DNA of 56,715 nt, counting the filler, from Jimgerdemannia flammicorona (Eukaryota), in assembly GCA_003990765.1 (NCBI GenBank). It is 2 parts of 2 records of this genome, joined end to end, with 100 filler letters (N's around TTAATTAATTAA, not from the genome) between each part and the next. Parts side by side here need not be neighbours in the genome. Positions count along the whole stretch, not along the records: positions 28,410 to 56,715 come from RBNJ01000571.1; 1 more part is not named here. One strand, written 5' to 3'. Shown here piece by piece: positions 52,839-56,715 of the stretch (its first letter is position 1; each line of letters begins with the position of its first letter). The notes under the pieces are model-generated. The model did not search any database and was not told the DNA's origin. It worked only from the letters and a program-made list of their open reading frames with translations. Made by a program: the position numbers and the translations under genes.

Positions 52839-53291
52839 TTTGTAAGAAGAATGGTTCAAATCCGTCAACAATAATCGTGGCTAGTTAAGGGGCGCTGTCA
52901 CGTGGATAACTAATTATTCGTAATCGTCACTTGGTCGTCACTGGTCAAATCGGTAAATCACCACATGAGGATCACATGACAGAAAGGGAATCAATCAGTC
53001 TGCAACATCATAACTACCGTAATATGCAATTTTTTTTTTTTTTCCGGCATTCTTGAAGTTGAAGACAGTTACATTATTCTAATTTTGAACGCGGCAACGC
53101 ATATACAACACCTATGTTCTACTTCCAACGATCTTACTGATAATCAAGATGACGCGGGATAGCATTGTCACGATGGTAGTTTCACGTGATTTCCTAACAT
53201 CTGTTTACTTCCGCGGTTCGCTTGACACTTCATGAGTCCGAACAGTCTTCAGTGGTTCTTCGCTCTTCGGTGGTGCACTGAATCACCGACA

Positions 53292-54046
53292 ATGAGCGTC
53301 TTCAAATGCAAATTTGACGAGCATTTCCTTGATGTGGTGAGGCGTAACGTATTGGCCGAGTTCAAGTCACACTTCACGGATCCGGATGGTTTTGTGGATG
53401 ACGTCGATATCGAGGGTGGGTAATGCCAGCTGTCCTTCTCAACTCTGTCTTATCTCGGCCTAAATTTCTCACGTAACAATGCCGAATAGGAATCAGAGGC
53501 CAGGACGACGCAACAGTCCTAATTCACGCCGCAAACACGGGACGTACGTTGATCACGAATGATGCCGACGTCTTTTTCCTGCCGGACAACACATACGGCA
53601 CAATTGTCTTGCGGGGTGGTGTGAGTGAAGTCAACGGACCGTCTTGGTGTAATTTAAATCGCTTTTCGAGAGATGAAAGGAAGGAAGTGTTTTGTCTGTT
53701 ATTCCGAAATTATATGGCCGATATGGAAAGGTGAATATGCATTCATGTTCGTGAACATTGTGCTATCGGTTAGCAAACTCAATTAACGAGGTGTACGCGC
53801 ATTAACGCTGTCAGCATACGCAGAGGGAGCCAAACGAAGCTGGCACTATTGTCGGGCCGTTGTAAAATGGAATTATTGCCGGGTAGGAAGAAAATGAAAA
53901 AAACTTTATCTGACTTACGATTCGACTTCCGAGATCCGACCGCCGAAGAAAAGGAGGAATTCTGGAAGGCAGTACAAGCAAAAGAAGAGGCAAGAGTCGC
54001 AATGAAAGAGGCTGAGTATCGGGCTATGGCGCAGCCATCCATCTGA
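53292..54046 (+). CDS. Gene B: stand-alone PIN-like (DUF5615/Mut7-C type) protein; exons 53292-53415, 53490-53730, 53815-54046
   Basis: FKCKFDEHF...GIRGQDDATV...GRTLITNDAD...GTIVL; same two intron positions as B'. Confidence 0.8.
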
Positions 54047-54529
54047 AGGTAGATCTCAACCGCCCGTTTCCACTATTCGGACGGTAGTCCCACCAGTGTT
54101 TTTCGATCATCCAAGGTGTGCAGTGCAACTCAAGCGCGTCGCAGGTTTCATTGACGGCAATAACCGCGGTTCCGCAGGACAAAATCTCCCGTTCTACCCA
54201 CATGACGTCGCGGGAACCCGAATTCTCTCGTCACAATACAGATGCTATTTATCATCGAAGGCTGTATATTAGCTCTTTCCGCTGATGAGAATAAATACAA
54301 TGCAACACATTGTTAAGTTAACCGAAACAATACAAATATTTGTTTTATTTCTTATTTTTAAAGAAGGATAATCGAGAGGTATGCATTCTGACAAGTATTA
54401 TGACTACGAATAATTAAAATGCGAAGGGGTGAGGGTATTTGATACCAAATACCTTGTATCCTAAGCGATCTTTATTTAGTCTTGGTGATTCAAAATTAAG
54501 AGTGAAACTTTGAAATATAATAATATAAT

Positions 54530-54800
54530 GGGTTTAATTTCTTTAGGAGAAAATAACTAAATTTGAAAGATTCTAGTAAATCTAAAGTAGCTCAAAGAGA
54601 TACTTATAGGTTTAGATAGTCTCAAAGAGAGAAATATTCTAAGCTTTATTTAAGTAAAAAGAGAGGATATTTATACAGGATCTGAAAGAAAAATCTGGAA
54701 GGATCTTAGAAATAAAAAGAAAAGTCAAGAAAATAGTTCTTAGTAAAGATAATTTATAAAGTTCTACAATGTTCTAAATAATTTTATAACTAGCTAAGAT
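54530..54800 (-). repeat. Old degenerate LTR relic related to family B
   Basis: AAGTAGCTCAAAGAGATACTTA and GGATATTTATACAGGATCTGAAAGA match the B LTR. Confidence 0.6.
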
Positions 54801-55306
54801 AAGATATATTGTTATAGAAGAAAAAAAAGAAAGAAAAAAAGAGGTTTATTTATTGATCTGAGTTGCATGCATTTTTATATATTGTAATCACAGGCAATAT
54901 AGTTATATAAGCTATATATTATTAAGATATAAGAATTTCAATACTTTTATTCAGTGAGATAATAAGATAATATATAAGCAAGAATATAGTAAACAAGTAA
55001 TAACTGTAAACTGACTATAGATGAACTAAAAGAATGCTTTATATATATTTGAATTATAAGAAAATATAGTAAAAATAAAAGATATAGATAGATCTCATTG
55101 GTGAAAAAAATGAAAAAATAAGATATATATAGACTAGTAAATAATAATATAATATAATACTTAAAGTGAGAGAGAGATATAATATATTGTTTTTCTTCTA
55201 CTTTCTTTTTCATCATAAAATATCTTATAATTATCTATTACTAATATATACTTACTATTCTATTATAGATATATATATATAAAAATACCTATTTTTTGAG
55301 TGTATT

Positions 55307-56715
55307 TGTAACATTTTAGCATAGTTTATTTCTTTTCTTTATCTTTCTTCAATATTCTATGATCTTCCAGTACTTTCTGAATGCTTAGAAATCCTTTCTT
55401 GGTACCGAGCATCCTCTAGTACTTATTTAGCTAGTCACTGATTGTTCTGGAAACTTGTAGAACTTTATTTGTCATCATTTATCATCTTTGCCAAGAACTT
55501 TCCTCTTGGTATTTTCCTTTGATTTCTCAGATTCTTTCAGATATTTCTTTTAGATCTTGTATAAATACTCCCTTTGTTCTCATGAATAAAGTCTCAGAAT
55601 ATTTTCTCTCAGAAATCCTTTGAGAATACTTGAACTCTTAAGTATCTCTTCGAGCTACTTAGAACCATCAGAACTAGTCACTTCCTCATTTAGAAACTAG
55701 AACTGTTATACTTGATAGCAGCAGTTAAGTTACACCTAGTCTTATCAAGACACCTCTCAAGATATCAGTTACAATACTATGGAGGACAATAGGTGGAACC
55801 CTTCATACAGTACCTATGGTCCAGGCAATACCTCCTACAATCAGCAAGAAGAAGAGGAATAGCAAAACTCTACTCAGTCAAATGGGGCCATTGAGAGTCT
55901 TTTGTAGACCACATTAGCTCAGATTGCTCAACTTCAAGAATATATAGAAAGAAAGAAAAGCAAGGCCTCTGCTCATACCTCTGTACCTCCACCAATATCA
56001 ATACATCCAACAGCAGTCACTATCAAGCCTCAGAAGCCTGAAACTTTTGATGGTCAAAGAGGAGGACTGTCTACCAATGCCTGGCTTTTCCAATTGGAGC
56101 AATATAGAGAACTGACCAATTTGGAAGAAGCAATATTAGTCCAATTTGCCACCACACTCCTCTAAGGGAATACTGCAATCTGGTGGTGAAATTATGTCCA
56201 GAATATCAGATTCTCTGGCCGAATCAAGACCTGGAGTAAATTCTCTAATACTATTCAAGGCCAATTCAAACCAGTCAACAGCACTAAGGCTATGTGAGAC
56301 CGTCTGGTAAATGTCAAACAACTCAAGTCTGTGTAAGCATACAATATACAATTCCTGTCAATCCTACTAGAATTACCATATATCACTGAAGACAAGAAGG
56401 TTGACAAGTACATCTGATGCCTGAAAGGTCAAACCTGAGTTCATGTTGAACTAGAAGAACCCAAGGACCTAGATATAGCAATGAAAATTGCTGATAGGTT
56501 TGATGTCATCACCTATGATCACTACTTTGAACAGAAGAGACCACCTTTCAACAACAATAATAACCACAGAAGGGAGGAACCCAAAGTCAGAACTGTTGGA
56601 CCTGCCCCTATAGACCTAGATACTATCGACAAGAGTAAGAAAGGCAAGCTTACACTCAAGGAAAAGGAGTGCCTCAAGAAGACTGGAGCCTGCTTCTTTT
56701 GCTTTTTTTTTTTTT
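55307..56715 (+). mobile_element. Family B copy B2: 5' LTR (55307-55710), PBS and gag, cut off at the window end
   Basis: Reverse complement of about 14390-15774; LTR TGTAAC...GTTATA. Confidence 0.92.

Overview
Eukaryotic, intron-containing fungal DNA; class C GPCR and TKL-type kinases suggest an early-diverging, Mucoromycota-like fungus (inference). An artificial N/TTAATTAATTAA/N spacer at 28310-28409 joins two contigs. Left contig (1-28309): a nest of dead, CpG-depleted Ty3/Gypsy LTR retrotransposons. It holds three copies of family A (1.5-kb LTRs carrying an ORF, dUTPase between protease and RT), a chromovirus (family B, dUTPase between gag and protease) inserted in copy A2, and a poly(A)/TSD non-LTR insert inside B. 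Right contig: an AzgA-type purine permease; a receptor fusing a PstS phosphate-binding domain, an EGF-like module, a class C 7TM and a PH-like tail; an orphan ORF; an AT-rich relic block with a decayed hAT; and a duplicated head-to-head gene-pair locus. In that locus stand-alone PIN-like (DUF5615/Mut7-C type) genes face BRCT-like-headed partners, one of which is a pseudokinase-kinase-PIN fusion. The window ends in another family B element. Best candidates for new biology: the kinase/PIN paired locus and the PstS-GPCR. All domain calls are motif recognition by eye; no searches were run.
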